From Nostoc sp. DedSLP01 (GTDB taxonomy: Bacteria > Cyanobacteriota > Cyanobacteriia > Cyanobacteriales > Nostocaceae): a stretch of 64,000 nucleotides of DNA. The position numbers and the translations under genes are program-made. The number at the start of each line of letters is the position of its first letter. The stretch's first letter is position 1. Positions 1-10,250 of the stretch are shown one piece after another. The DNA lies in the NCBI GenBank assembly GCA_034530875.2, contig JAVRCJ020000019.1, forward strand, positions 104,410 to 168,409, in the 5' to 3' direction. Below the pieces are notes generated by a model. The model saw nothing but the letters and a program-made list of their open reading frames with translations, searched no databases and was not told the DNA's origin.

Positions 1-65
1 TTCTGAGCGTCGCAAGTTCGCGCTCAGAACTTTCTAACAGATGACTAATGACAAATGACCGTTGA

Positions 66-1316
66 CTAACTCAAAGACTCCAAATAATCGCGGATGAGGT
101 TGCGGCGCTTGGGTTGACGTAGCTTTTGCAAAGCCTTGGACTCAATTTGTCTGACTCGTTCCCGCGATAAATCGAGAGCGCGTCCGATTTCTGCTAAAGA
201 GTAAGGATGACCATCTGCCAAACCGAATCGCATCAAAATTACGTCGCGTTCCCGGCTAGTCAAATCTGACAGAAGATGATGCAAGTCTTTTTGTAAAGAT
301 TCCCGCATTAACATTTCTTCTGGAGTTACATTGTCAGTTTCCAGTAATTCTCCTAACTCAGTATCTTTGTCCTTTCCTACTTTGGTTTCCAAAGAGACAG
401 AGCGAGGAACCCGCAACAAAACTTCACGTACTTGGGTAGGTGTCATTTCCAACTCAGTTGCCAGATCTTCTAGAGTCGGGGTGCGACCTTTTTCTTGAGC
501 AATTTTGCGTTGGGCTTTTTTGATTTTGTTTAACTTTTCTGTAATATGAACGGGTAGGCGGATGGTGCGGCTAGAAGTAGCGATCGCCCGTGTAATTCCT
601 TGACGAATCCACCAGTAAGCATAAGTACTAAAGCGATAACCCTTAGTTGGGTCAAATTTTTCTACAGCCCTTTCTAAACCTAAAGTACCTTCTTGGACTA
701 AATCCAACAATTCCAAACCACGATTTTGATACTTCTTGGCAACAGACACAACCAGGCGAAGATTAGCCTTAATCATGTGTTCTTTTGCCTGGAGTCCTTG
801 GGACTGAATTTGCTCCAATTCTTCTACTGTCATTTTGGCGATTTCAGCCCAGCGACGTTTGCCCTCTGCCAAAATCGGTCTGAGATCGGATACAACGACA
901 CCAGCAGTAGTAGCCCACCTTTCCAAAGAGGGGCGATGTCCTAGTTCCGAGGTTAGACGCTCTTGAACTTCAACTAATCTTAGATAAGGTGCGATTACCT
1001 CATCTCCTTGCTTAGCCGCATTAGCTAGTACTATCCGCATCCGCAAGTAGCGCTGAACTTTTTGAGCTTCTGAAACCTCTTCATCCCGCCCTAACAACCT
1101 AACGCGACCAATTTCCTGAAGATACAGACGTACAAGATCGGTACTACGGCGGTTAGCGGTAGCAGCAAAGTTAGTATGGTCAACAGCAGCTAATTCTAGC
1201 TCCTGTAGATCGTCTACCGATAACTCACTTTCATCAACCGTGAGATCCGAGTCCAAAACCTGGCGGGACTTTTGGGTATTGAAGGCGGCATCTGCATAAA
1301 AAGATGTTGCTGGCAT
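66..1316 (-). CDS. sigC: Group 2 RNA polymerase sigma factor SigC
   Basis: Sigma70 regions: DLVRLYLQEIGR (1.2), ANLRLVVSVAKKY, KFDPTKGYRFSTYAYWWIRQ (2.x), SRERVRQIE (4.2). N-terminus MPATSFYADA matches Nostoc/Anabaena SigC. Start set at ATG 1316 rather than ORF start 1328. Confidence 0.9.
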   Translation of the reverse strand: MPATSFYADAAFNTQKSRQVLDSDLTVDESELSVDDLQELELAAVDHTNFAATANRRSTDLVRLYLQEIGRVRLLGRDEEVSEAQKVQRYLRMRIVLANAAKQGDEVIAPYLRLVEVQERLTSELGHRPSLERWATTAGVVVSDLRPILAEGKRRWAEIAKMTVEELEQIQSQGLQAKEHMIKANLRLVVSVAKKYQNRGLELLDLVQEGTLGLERAVEKFDPTKGYRFSTYAYWWIRQGITRAIATSSRTIRLPVHITEKLNKIKKAQRKIAQEKGRTPTLEDLATELEMTPTQVREVLLRVPRSVSLETKVGKDKDTELGELLETDNVTPEEMLMRESLQKDLHHLLSDLTSRERDVILMRFGLADGHPYSLAEIGRALDLSRERVRQIESKALQKLRQPKRRNLIRDYLESLS

Positions 1317-1779
1317 AAAACGTCTCAATGGCTCCAGGTAACAATAGATTAGGGTCAGCTTAAGATTACGGTCAGCTATTCAACTGTTGCTATTGTTCCC
1401 GTGATTCACGATGAACTAACACGGTAGAGGATTCCATTTCAATTTTTTTTATAAATTAAATGGAATAGTTTTATTCGATACAGTATTACTGAATTTAATT
1501 GTTGCTAAGCTTCTGATTGAACCAATAGCTATTCAAATCCGCAGCTAGGCTTTCAATATCTAAACTACTTATTTAACATTTCAACTTTGATGTTTTTTCC
1601 TAGTTATTTTTGTAACATCGTATAAACATACTTCAGTGAATATGATGTTTATAGTTGGCATAGTCACATTTACATGGGTACAAAAGTAATATCCTGACGA
1701 TTTATCAATTTTTTCTCAGGATTATTTGGGAATAAGTTTAACTAATAGATGCTAGAAAACTGATTAGTGTCAGTAAGGT

Positions 1780-1925
1780 AGGAAGATGCGGGAAGAGGAA
1801 GATGTGAAGACGCAGAGAGTGGGAGACGGGGCGAGGTGAAGAGTGTTTGCGATAAATTCTCCCTGTTGTCTTTCGCCGCGTCTTTGTGTCCCGCTATCTC
1901 CGTGTCTTCTTTCCTTGCGTCTTTG
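1780..1925. repeat. Short tandem/inverted low-complexity repeat block (STRR-like) downstream of gpsA
   Basis: Purine-rich ~8-mers (gaagatgc/gaagacgc/ggagacgg) followed by complementary pyrimidine-rich units (gcgtcttt/ccgtgtct). Confidence 0.5.
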
Positions 1926-1935
1926 CTTTTGACTA

Positions 1936-2883
1936 CTAATAGTTATACTCAGGCTTGATATCTCGCAGCATTAGTTCATCAAGTGCTTGGCGTGGTGTAA
2001 TATCACCTTGAAGTAAGCGATAAACTTGCTCGGTAATTGGCACAGCAATGTTTTGTTGCTTGGCTCGTTGTATCAAAACCCGACAAGTGTTAACTCCCTC
2101 AGCAGTTCCTTGTAAATTTGCGAGAATTTCTGTAAGTGTCTTACCACTAGCTAGCTGATAGCCGACTTGGTAATTGCGACTTAAGGGACTATTGCAGGTT
2201 GCTAACAGATCTCCTAGACCCGATAAACCATAAAATGTTTCCGTCTTTGCGCCCCAGTCGTTACCGACGCGAATTATTTCTGTCAGTCCGCGGGTGACTA
2301 AAGCGGCTTTGGCATTGGTTCCTAGTTGTAAACCATCGCATACACCAGCAGCGATCGCAATCACATTTTTCAGAGTTCCCCCCAGTTCTACACCAAGGGG
2401 ATCGGGATTGGTGTATACCCGGAAACGATTGGAAGAAAATACCAACTGCACTAGTTCAGCAGCCGTGGGAATATTACTAGCTACCACGGTTGCTGCTGGT
2501 AGTTGCATTTCAATTTCTTTAGATAAATTCGGCCCTGACAGAACAACTACTGCATGGTTAGGGAATATTGTTTGCCAAATTTGGGATGGCGTACAGGTGG
2601 TTTGGGGGTCTAAGCCTTTCGTTGCTGTGATAAAAATTGTCTCTGGAGAAACAGAGAAAGACTGGACTTGGGAAGCAACATCTCTGACACCAGTCATGGA
2701 AATAGCCGACAGGACTATTTGGACATCTTTTAGTACTGCTTCCAGAGTTTGGGAACCGTGACGCGACCAGAGATGCACCTCATGGCCATTTGCAGCTGCT
2801 AGATTTGCCAGCGCCATACCCCAAGCACCCGCACCCAGAATTGCAATAGAGAATTTTGAGTTGGAGTGTATCTGCTCGCTCAT
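1936..2883 (-). CDS. gpsA: NAD(P)H-dependent glycerol-3-phosphate dehydrogenase
   Basis: Rossmann GAGAWG, LSGPNL, ELGGTLKNVIAIAAG, GLGDLLATC, SRN and AEGV motifs. Confidence 0.95.
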   Translation of the reverse strand: MSEQIHSNSKFSIAILGAGAWGMALANLAAANGHEVHLWSRHGSQTLEAVLKDVQIVLSAISMTGVRDVASQVQSFSVSPETIFITATKGLDPQTTCTPSQIWQTIFPNHAVVVLSGPNLSKEIEMQLPAATVVASNIPTAAELVQLVFSSNRFRVYTNPDPLGVELGGTLKNVIAIAAGVCDGLQLGTNAKAALVTRGLTEIIRVGNDWGAKTETFYGLSGLGDLLATCNSPLSRNYQVGYQLASGKTLTEILANLQGTAEGVNTCRVLIQRAKQQNIAVPITEQVYRLLQGDITPRQALDELMLRDIKPEYNY

Positions 2884-2902
2884 AACTCCTAATTCCTAAC
2901 TC

Positions 2903-3787
2903 CTAACTCCCAACTTTTGAGCGCGGATAACGTTCCATTAATTCCCTGACTTGTTCTGCATGATATGAGCTTCTTGTCAATGGTGAAGAAACTACTTGTA
3001 AAAATCCTATTTCTTCGCCGAATGCCTTCCAAGCAGCAAATTGTTCTGGGTGGATAAATTCATTTACTTTCAGGTGTTTTTGACTGGGTTGGAGGTATTG
3101 CCCAATTGTTAAAATATCGCAATCTACAGAGCGTAAGTCTTGCATCACTTGGCGGATTTCGGCGTCAGTTTCACCGAGTCCAACCATAATACCCGATTTA
3201 GTGTAGGTGCTCTTAGAAAGTTGGCGAGTTCGCTGCAATAATTCTAATGTGCGATCGTAGTTTCCTTGGGGACGCACCCGGCGATACAAGCGGGGAACGG
3301 TTTCTGTGTTATGGTTTAACACCTCCGGCGCAGCTTGTAAAATCACCTCTAAAGCATCCCAATTACCGCACAAGTCAGGAATTAGCACTTCAATTGTGGT
3401 GTTGGGTGAGACATTACGAACTGCATCAATACACCCTACAAATTGAGATGCACCACCATCTGGTAAATCATCTCGGTTTACAGAAGTGATTACCACATGA
3501 TTAAGTTTCATCCGGCGAACAGCTTGGGCTAGTCGTGCTGGTTCTGTGGGATCTAGTGCTTTGGGTTTTTTCTCGAAATCAATATCGCAGTAGGGACAAG
3601 CACGCGTACAAGCCGGCCCCATAATCAAAAACGTGGCAGTACCAGCGTTGAAGCATTCACCAATATTCGGACACGAAGCTTCCTCGCAAACTGTATTGAG
3701 GGCTAAATCCTGCAAAATGTCTTTAACGTTACCGATGCGCTCGCGCTGAGGTGCTTTTACCCGCAACCAGTCTGGTTTTACAGTCAC
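2903..3787 (-). CDS. lipA: Lipoyl synthase
   Basis: [20 protein letters not shown] (auxiliary cluster), CTRACPYC (radical SAM) and C-terminal RSSY. Confidence 0.95.
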   Translation of the reverse strand: MTVKPDWLRVKAPQRERIGNVKDILQDLALNTVCEEASCPNIGECFNAGTATFLIMGPACTRACPYCDIDFEKKPKALDPTEPARLAQAVRRMKLNHVVITSVNRDDLPDGGASQFVGCIDAVRNVSPNTTIEVLIPDLCGNWDALEVILQAAPEVLNHNTETVPRLYRRVRPQGNYDRTLELLQRTRQLSKSTYTKSGIMVGLGETDAEIRQVMQDLRSVDCDILTIGQYLQPSQKHLKVNEFIHPEQFAAWKAFGEEIGFLQVVSSPLTRSSYHAEQVRELMERYPRSKVGS

Positions 3788-3925
3788 AATCTGCTTCTAC
3801 CACTAAAGTTATACAAATTTTATGGTAGCAAGCAAAGCCTGTGCTGAAGTAACTATATATATAGATGTGATTTTGTCATTTGGCACGGGTTGTGATATTT
3901 TGGATTTATAGTGCCATTTTTTTGG

Positions 3926-3999
3926 CGGGATGTAGCGCAGCTTGGTAGCGCACTTCGTTCGGGACGAAGGGGCCGCTGGTTCGAATCCAGTCATCCCGA
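3926..3999 (+). tRNA. tRNA-Pro (anticodon CGG)
   Basis: Acceptor stem CGGGATG/CATCCCG+A, D arm GCGCAGCTTGGTAGCGC, anticodon arm CTTCG-TTCGGGA-CGAAG, T arm GCTGG-TTCGAAT-CCAGT. No encoded CCA. Confidence 0.96.
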
Positions 4000-4156
4000 T
4001 TTGTGTTGTAAGTTGATAGAATGTCTGTCTGTGTTGACAAGTCAGTTAACTATTATAGTGTATTGGGGTTACAAAGTATTGCACTTGTAGCTTTTATTAT
4101 TGTTGTCACAAGCACAGGAGCGATCGCTTAAGCTTATGAAGTTCGACTCAAAAAGG

Positions 4157-4199
4157 GCGATGTCTGACGACAAGACGCTATACATCTACACATCTAGCG
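4157..4199. repeat. Degenerate SDR5-like mini-element in a split HIP1 site
   Basis: GCGAT-gtctgacgacaagacgcta... resembles the HIP1-inserted short dispersed repeats of Nostoc; the 3' part is degenerate. Confidence 0.4.
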
Positions 4200-4486
4200 A
4201 AATGAAATTAAACGGTTTGAGATATAGAACCTGATACTTACTAAGATTCAGGATGATTTTACTGATAGAAAGCTGAAAATAAACAATCAGCATCAACTAA
4301 CCTTGAAAAAGAAATTTATAAATTTTTTACTTCTCAACTGGCATTTTTCGTTAGCAGCGGTAGAATTTTTTGATGAACTATTTTATATTTTCTGAAATTA
4401 GTCTAGAGTTTTTAACTGAATTTGAGTAAATTATAGTAATCGAGCTTTATTTTTGAAATTATCTAGCTAATTAGCATATTTTAATT

Positions 4487-5392
4487 ATGTACCAAACTAC
4501 TTTGAACCTCAAATATATCGAAAATACGGTCAATCCGGTATTTGCTAACCACGAAACTTTTCATCCCCGTTTTGGCTGGTTAAAAAAAGGATTTGATGCT
4601 GCCAAGAAGAATCCTGGAATTTTTTTACAGGATGATGCAACCGTGCGTTTAGGTGTTGGTAAAAACATGGTACGCGCTATTCGCTATTGGTGTATTGCTT
4701 TTAAAATTCTTGATAAGAATAATTCACCAACAATATTTGGAGAAAAACTTTTAGGAGACAATGGATGGGACTCTTATTTAGAAGACCCGGCATCATTATG
4801 GTTATTACATTGGAATTTGTTAAAACCTTCTTGTGACGCTGCTGCATGGTACTATGTTTTTAATGTATTTCGAGATTTAGAGTTTACAAAAGAAGATATT
4901 TTAGCAGGTTTGAAAGAATATATTGGCAATTTTAATAAAACTATTGCTGAATCTTCTTTTATCAAAGATATCAGTTGTATTCTGAGAATGTATGCTACAC
5001 AAGATTTTATTAGAGATAATGCCCCAATCGAAGATTCTATTGATTGCCCTTTTAACGAACTTGGTTTAATTCGTCATTTTGGTAAAAATTATCAGTTTAA
5101 AATTGCTGCAAAAGCAAATTTACCCGTACAAATTATAGTCGCTACTTGTTTAGAATATGCTAGTCGAGAGGATAGCCAAACAATTAGTATTCCTCGTCTA
5201 CTTTATGATGAAGGTAGTCCGGGGATGGTATTTAAATTGACAGAAAATATTTTATGTGCAGCTATTGAGAGTGTGGCGAAAGAATTTGATACGATATTTC
5301 TTTCTGATACTGCTGGATTAATTCAGTTATCTTTTACTGATGAACCGGAAACTTTAGCTGAAAAAATTTTAGAACGATATTATGATTCTTGA
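4487..5392 (+). CDS. DUF4007 family protein, SspB-like (phosphorothioation-system nickase homolog)
   Basis: FANHETFHPRFGWLKKG, LGVGKNMVRAIRYW, YLEDPASLWLLHWNL, CPFNELGLI, SPGMVFKL and DTAGLIQL are DUF4007 signature motifs. Lies directly upstream of a large ATPase. Confidence 0.85.
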   Translation: MYQTTLNLKYIENTVNPVFANHETFHPRFGWLKKGFDAAKKNPGIFLQDDATVRLGVGKNMVRAIRYWCIAFKILDKNNSPTIFGEKLLGDNGWDSYLEDPASLWLLHWNLLKPSCDAAAWYYVFNVFRDLEFTKEDILAGLKEYIGNFNKTIAESSFIKDISCILRMYATQDFIRDNAPIEDSIDCPFNELGLIRHFGKNYQFKIAAKANLPVQIIVATCLEYASREDSQTISIPRLLYDEGSPGMVFKLTENILCAAIESVAKEFDTIFLSDTAGLIQLSFTDEPETLAEKILERYYDS

Positions 5393-5410
5393 TAAAAATT
5401 AAGTAAAGAT

Positions 5411-8400
5411 ATGAGTAATAAAAAACTATCCCATTATTTCAGTCTTCAGCGGCGCTATTCTCGTTCCATCAATTTAGAAAGAGATTTAGATAGTGTAGAA
5501 GCATTAGAAGGTTACGTTCTGACTAAAAGAGCAATTGATTCTCTTGCACGTATTGTAAATAGTTTTAATTTTGATGAAGGAAATAGAGCTTGGACATTAA
5601 CGAGTGTTTATGGAACTGGGAAATCTGCTTTTGCTCATTATTTAATTTCGCTATGTGCCAGTTATCAAAATAAAATGCACGTTAAAGCTTTAGCAATAGC
5701 TGAAGATAAATTAGGTAAAGATAGTGAAATTTATCAATTAATTAAAGACAAAATTTACTCGAAAGGATTAATTCGGGCTGTGGCTACGGGACAAAGGGAA
5801 CCGATTAGTCATACGATTATTAGGGCTTTGTTAAATGGTGTTGAAAGTTTTTGGACTACTAACCAAAGAAATAAAATCAATGTTGTTCGCCAATTAGTAG
5901 ATTTAGAAGCAGAAATAAATGATGGCGGAACAGTTGATAGTAAAGAAATTCCTAATTTGGTATTAGAAGTAGCTAAGGAATCTCAAACTGGAATTTTTCT
6001 TGTTATTGATGAACTGGGTAAGAATTTAGAGTATGCTGCTCATGCTCAAGGAGATGAAGATTTATATCTTTTACAACAGTTAGCTGAATTACCAAAAGAT
6101 AGCAAAACTCCTATTTATATTTTAGGTATTTTACATCAAGCTTTCTCAGAATATGGACAACGATTAGCAACTGTTCAACGAAATGAATGGGCAAAGATTA
6201 AGGGTAGATTTGAAGATATTGCTTTTGCTGAGTCATCTGGACAAATGATGAGTTTAATTGGCCAAGCAATTGACTCTTCAGCAGCAGATGCAATAAGTTG
6301 TGCGATTAGTAATTACTCTGAGGAGTGGTTTCAATATTTAGAATCAAAAATTGTAGATGAAGAAGTAACTGATGAAGTTATCAAAGCAGTTTATCCTCTA
6401 CATCCTTTATCTGCTTTGGCATTACCAGGCCTGTGTCAACGTTACGCTCAAAATGACCGTTCTTTATTCACGTTTTTAACTAGTAGGGAACCTTTATCAT
6501 TTCGTAATTTTTTAGAAGAAGTAACAGTTACAGATGATAATTTGCCAAGTCTGAAATTGGATCGAGTGTATGACTATTTTATTGAAGCGGCAGGAATGGG
6601 TTTAGCTTCTCGCCCTAATTTGCAAAGGTGGGTAGAAGTTCAAGATTTAATTAATGATGCTAAACGTTTAGAAGAAGATAGTCTAAGAGTACTAAAAACT
6701 ATTGGAATATTGAACCTAATTACAGTTACAGGTTCAATAAGAGCTACTAGAAATTTAGTATCTTTAGCAATGTGCGATCGCCCTTCTTCAAGTCAGATTA
6801 ATTATTGGCAACAAATTATCGATAAATTACTAAAACAGAATTTAATTACTCATCGTCGTCAATTAGATGAATTGCGGATTTGGCAAGGTTCTGATTTTAA
6901 TGTTGATAGTGAATTAAGTACATATATAGAACAAGAGCGATCGCCTTTAATTAAGCTGTTATCTCTCCATCGTCCTCTCAAGCCTTTAGTTGCACAACGT
7001 CACAGTTATCAAACGGGAACTTTGCGTTATTTTGAACGCCATTATTTAGATAATTCTCAAGATTTGAGCCAATTACGTTGTAGTAGCGTGGATGCAGATG
7101 GTTTTGTTGGCTATTGGCTAGATGAAGAAATTCCTAATTTTGTTCCTCCTGCAACTAGCGATGGTAAGCCATTGGTGATTTTGAGTGCGGCTAACTTAGA
7201 TATTTTGCGAATTCGTACCTTGGAATTTGTAGCTTTAAGTAATATCAAAAGAACGGCGAAAGAGTTACAAACTGATGGGGTAGCGAGAAAAGAGGTAAAT
7301 TATCGGCTGCAAGAAGCTGAAGAATTTTTAGATGAAACTCTCAATCAATCCTTTAGTATCGGGGTAAATCGACAATGTTGGATTCAAGGAAAAGTTGAAA
7401 TCCTCAACAACATTACTGATTTTAATAGTAAGCTTTCTGATATTTGCGATCGCGTTTACCATCGCAGTGCAATTTTATGGAATGAATTAATTAACCGTCG
7501 AGATTTAACCTTTCAAGGAGTAAAGGCTAGACGAGAATTGATTCAGGCAATGTTGGAACATCAAAATGAAGAGAGATTAGCTTTAGAAGGTTACGGCCCT
7601 GAAGTTAGTATGTATTATTCTCTATTAGAAGAAACAGGAATTCATGCCTCCGGCACGCTGCGCGAACGTCAGGAAGATGGTTATTGGGATTTTTATCCAC
7701 CATTGGAAAATTCCGGTTTGAATTCTCTGTGGGAAGCGGTTGAGAATTTTTGTTTAGCAGCAACAGAAAAAAGCCAAAGTTTTGATTTACTTTATCAAGA
7801 TTTAGCAGCACCTCCATTCGGTGTGAAACAAGGTGCAATTCCCGTTATTTTAGCGGCTGTACTGTTGTATCATGCTGATGATTTAGGACTTTATCAAGAC
7901 GGTACATTTATTCCTGTATTAGGAACGGAACATTTTGAATTATTAGTAAAATATCCCGAACGATTTGCAGTTAAGTATTTTGCAGTAGTTGGATTAAGGG
8001 CAGAAGTTTTCAAAGAATTGGAAGCTATTTTACGCAATCCTCAGTTAAAGAAATTGAGTAAAGTGCGTAACGCCACTTTGTTAACGGTGGTTACTCCTCT
8101 TTATCAATTTGTCAATAAGCTGCCTAAATATACTCAACAAACCCGACGTTTGACAGATGAACCCAGAGCCATTTTAAAAGCTTTAAAAACTACTGTTGAA
8201 CCGGATGAATTGTTATTCAAGACTTTACCAGCAGCTTGTAATTTGCCTGCAATTGGCACTGAAGACGGAGATGATGGTGTTACTGCGAAAAACTTACGTA
8301 CTAAATTAGTTCATGCCCTGAGAGAAATTCATACAGCTTACGATCGCTTGTTGAGTGATTGTCAAAAGCTGATTTATGAAGGCTTTGGCGTCAGAAGCCA

Positions 8401-8935
8401 GGAAACAAAACTTAGGGAAGATTTGCGGGTAAGGGCGAATTATTTAGCGGGAAAATGTATTGAACCTCTACTAAAACGCTTTATTAAAGCAGCATTGGAT
8501 GAAACGAAGACTGATTCTCAATGGTTGGAAGCTTTGGTGATGATTGTGGCGGATAAACCCGCGGAATCGTGGACTGATGAGGATGCGATCGCTTTTGAGA
8601 TGAAGTTAGCTGATTTGGTGCGACGTTTCAAGAATCTGGAAGCTTTGCAAAAGGAAGTCGCCGCCAAAGGGGAAGGTTTTGAAGCCCGACGAATTACTGT
8701 GACTCGCCCCGATGGTGAGGAATTCAATCAAATGGTATGGGTAGATCGTGGCAGAGAATCGCAGGTTGAGCAAATTGTTGACGAAATTCTGGCTAAATTA
8801 CCTGGCGATCGCCAGTTACGACAAGCGATTTTAGCAAAATTGAGCGAACGAATTTTAAACCCTGATTTACCAGAGACAGTTACTAAGATTGATGACAAGC
8901 GAACTGATGAAATAACCGGGACAAACTTCGGTTAA
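5411..8935 (+). CDS. Large P-loop ATPase, SspC/BrxC-like
   Basis: RRYSRSINLERD, Walker A-like TSVYGTGKS, Walker B LVIDELGK, EWAKIKGRF, YPLHP, QNDRSLFTFL, PPFGVKQG. 1174 aa; starts 18 bp after the DUF4007 gene. Confidence 0.8.
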   Translation: MSNKKLSHYFSLQRRYSRSINLERDLDSVEALEGYVLTKRAIDSLARIVNSFNFDEGNRAWTLTSVYGTGKSAFAHYLISLCASYQNKMHVKALAIAEDKLGKDSEIYQLIKDKIYSKGLIRAVATGQREPISHTIIRALLNGVESFWTTNQRNKINVVRQLVDLEAEINDGGTVDSKEIPNLVLEVAKESQTGIFLVIDELGKNLEYAAHAQGDEDLYLLQQLAELPKDSKTPIYILGILHQAFSEYGQRLATVQRNEWAKIKGRFEDIAFAESSGQMMSLIGQAIDSSAADAISCAISNYSEEWFQYLESKIVDEEVTDEVIKAVYPLHPLSALALPGLCQRYAQNDRSLFTFLTSREPLSFRNFLEEVTVTDDNLPSLKLDRVYDYFIEAAGMGLASRPNLQRWVEVQDLINDAKRLEEDSLRVLKTIGILNLITVTGSIRATRNLVSLAMCDRPSSSQINYWQQIIDKLLKQNLITHRRQLDELRIWQGSDFNVDSELSTYIEQERSPLIKLLSLHRPLKPLVAQRHSYQTGTLRYFERHYLDNSQDLSQLRCSSVDADGFVGYWLDEEIPNFVPPATSDGKPLVILSAANLDILRIRTLEFVALSNIKRTAKELQTDGVARKEVNYRLQEAEEFLDETLNQSFSIGVNRQCWIQGKVEILNNITDFNSKLSDICDRVYHRSAILWNELINRRDLTFQGVKARRELIQAMLEHQNEERLALEGYGPEVSMYYSLLEETGIHASGTLRERQEDGYWDFYPPLENSGLNSLWEAVENFCLAATEKSQSFDLLYQDLAAPPFGVKQGAIPVILAAVLLYHADDLGLYQDGTFIPVLGTEHFELLVKYPERFAVKYFAVVGLRAEVFKELEAILRNPQLKKLSKVRNATLLTVVTPLYQFVNKLPKYTQQTRRLTDEPRAILKALKTTVEPDELLFKTLPAACNLPAIGTEDGDDGVTAKNLRTKLVHALREIHTAYDRLLSDCQKLIYEGFGVRSQETKLREDLRVRANYLAGKCIEPLLKRFIKAALDETKTDSQWLEALVMIVADKPAESWTDEDAIAFEMKLADLVRRFKNLEALQKEVAAKGEGFEARRITVTRPDGEEFNQMVWVDRGRESQVEQIVDEILAKLPGDRQLRQAILAKLSERILNPDLPETVTKIDDKRTDEITGTNFG
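7646..7666 (+). repeat. 21-nt SDR5-like insertion inside the SspC-like ORF (in frame)
   Basis: GC-rich gcctccggcacgctgcgcgaa between ttcat and cgt in an AT-rich gene; adds ASGTLRE to GIH|RQEDG. Confidence 0.7.
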
Positions 8936-9073
8936 GAGAAGCATTATGATGAGAAAAGAGAACAAAATAAGAACTTCAACTTCTTTGAAAATTGAGGTAT
9001 CTTAATCTCTCGAAATTCTGTCAAAAATCCAAGCAATTTTGGAGTAGTGCGATCGCACCAACTCCCCATATTT

Positions 9074-9958
9074 TTATCCTTGTTGTTGATTTAACCAAGT
9101 TTCTAAATCAGCAACACTAGAAAAGTCTAGTAAGGCTTCCCCTAAGTTTTCTAATTGTTCAATCGATAATCCTTGAATTCGTGCGATTAATGATTGATTA
9201 ATTTCCCCAATACGGCGATTGAGTTGACGCAATATTAAGTCTTGTTTTCCTTCTTGTTTCGCTTGTTCTCTAGCTCTTTGATAAAGTGGTTCTAAACGCA
9301 TAATTAACTCCCGATCTTCTGTTTCTAATTCTTGATTTACGCTCAAGTTTTCACGTAAGTTGTAAACTAATTCAAGGGTTGCTTTCTGGTATGGATGATT
9401 TAATGGTAACGCTTGCAGTTCGATAATCGCTTGTGACTGTACGTTTCCTCTACCTAAAAGCCTCAACCATAATGTCTCTGGTATTTGCGGTAGTTGATGT
9501 ATTGCTATAATTGCTGTCCGCAGCGCATCTGGGAGAAAATGTACTCCTGATAACCAATCTGCTTTTTGCATAGTTACGAAACTAGACAATCTAGTTTCAG
9601 ATACGGTTGGTGTCAGAATCCATAACTTGGGAATTTCTGAGTCTTGAAGTTTGCTTTTATTTGCTTTAGCTTGTTGCCGCAGTGAAGCTTTGACTTCTAA
9701 TAGTTTTAGAATACAGTCGCAGATTTCATCAGTAGAAGCGGGATTGCGAAAGGGTTCTATGATTGCAGGATTTTCTGCAAATCTTCCTAGCAAACCGAGG
9801 ATTTGTAAATTAGAGTTTTGCTGTTTAAAAGGAGTGAATAAAACGTCTATTTCTTTAATTTCTCCTGAGATTTTTTCTGAGGCTTTGATTTCTCCGTAAT
9901 CTTTTAATAACTCTTCGAGATAGTCTTTGGCGAATTTGTCATGGATGAAGCGCGTCAT
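9074..9958 (-). CDS. Rpn-like / DUF4351 domain-containing protein
   Basis: N-terminal HDKFAKDYLEELL...EIDVLF...IIEPFR (PD-(D/E)XK-like) and C-terminal DUF4351 motif LILRQLNRRIG...LSIEQLENLGEALLDFSSVADLETWL. Confidence 0.75.
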   Translation of the reverse strand: MTRFIHDKFAKDYLEELLKDYGEIKASEKISGEIKEIDVLFTPFKQQNSNLQILGLLGRFAENPAIIEPFRNPASTDEICDCILKLLEVKASLRQQAKANKSKLQDSEIPKLWILTPTVSETRLSSFVTMQKADWLSGVHFLPDALRTAIIAIHQLPQIPETLWLRLLGRGNVQSQAIIELQALPLNHPYQKATLELVYNLRENLSVNQELETEDRELIMRLEPLYQRAREQAKQEGKQDLILRQLNRRIGEINQSLIARIQGLSIEQLENLGEALLDFSSVADLETWLNQQQG

Positions 9959-10009
9959 TAAATTAGGATTCCTCTTTTAAATTATCAAGAGTTGGCGCGA
10001 AATCGCCCC

Positions 10010-10219
10010 CATTGCTGCCAACTTAACGCGAAACGGGCGGTTAGAAACCGCGTCTATACAAACAAAACCCACCTACCCTTCGGGAACGCCAAGGGCGAAC
10101 GTGGGTTTCAAAACTCTGGTTTTCCATTAGTCCGCGTTGGCGGACTTCTCTACGAGACGCTACGCGAACGCCTGTGTAGCTGCGAATTCTATTCGCCACG
10201 GCTTAATTTGACACCAATG
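10010..10219. mobile_element. MITE with CATTGGTGTCAACTTAA-type terminal inverted repeats and a 9-bp target duplication
   Basis: Left end cattgctgccaacttaa (10010), right end ttaatttgacaccaatg (10219). AATCGCCCC is duplicated at 10001-10009 and 10220-10228. Contains SDR5-like inserts (~10075-10099 and 10148-10168). Confidence 0.75.
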
Positions 10220-10250
10220 AATCGCCCCAACTCCCTATACTTTCTATTTC

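Noticed and set aside
3809..3994. 61-aa ORF on the minus strand
   Set aside because: It is the antisense reading of tRNA-Pro.
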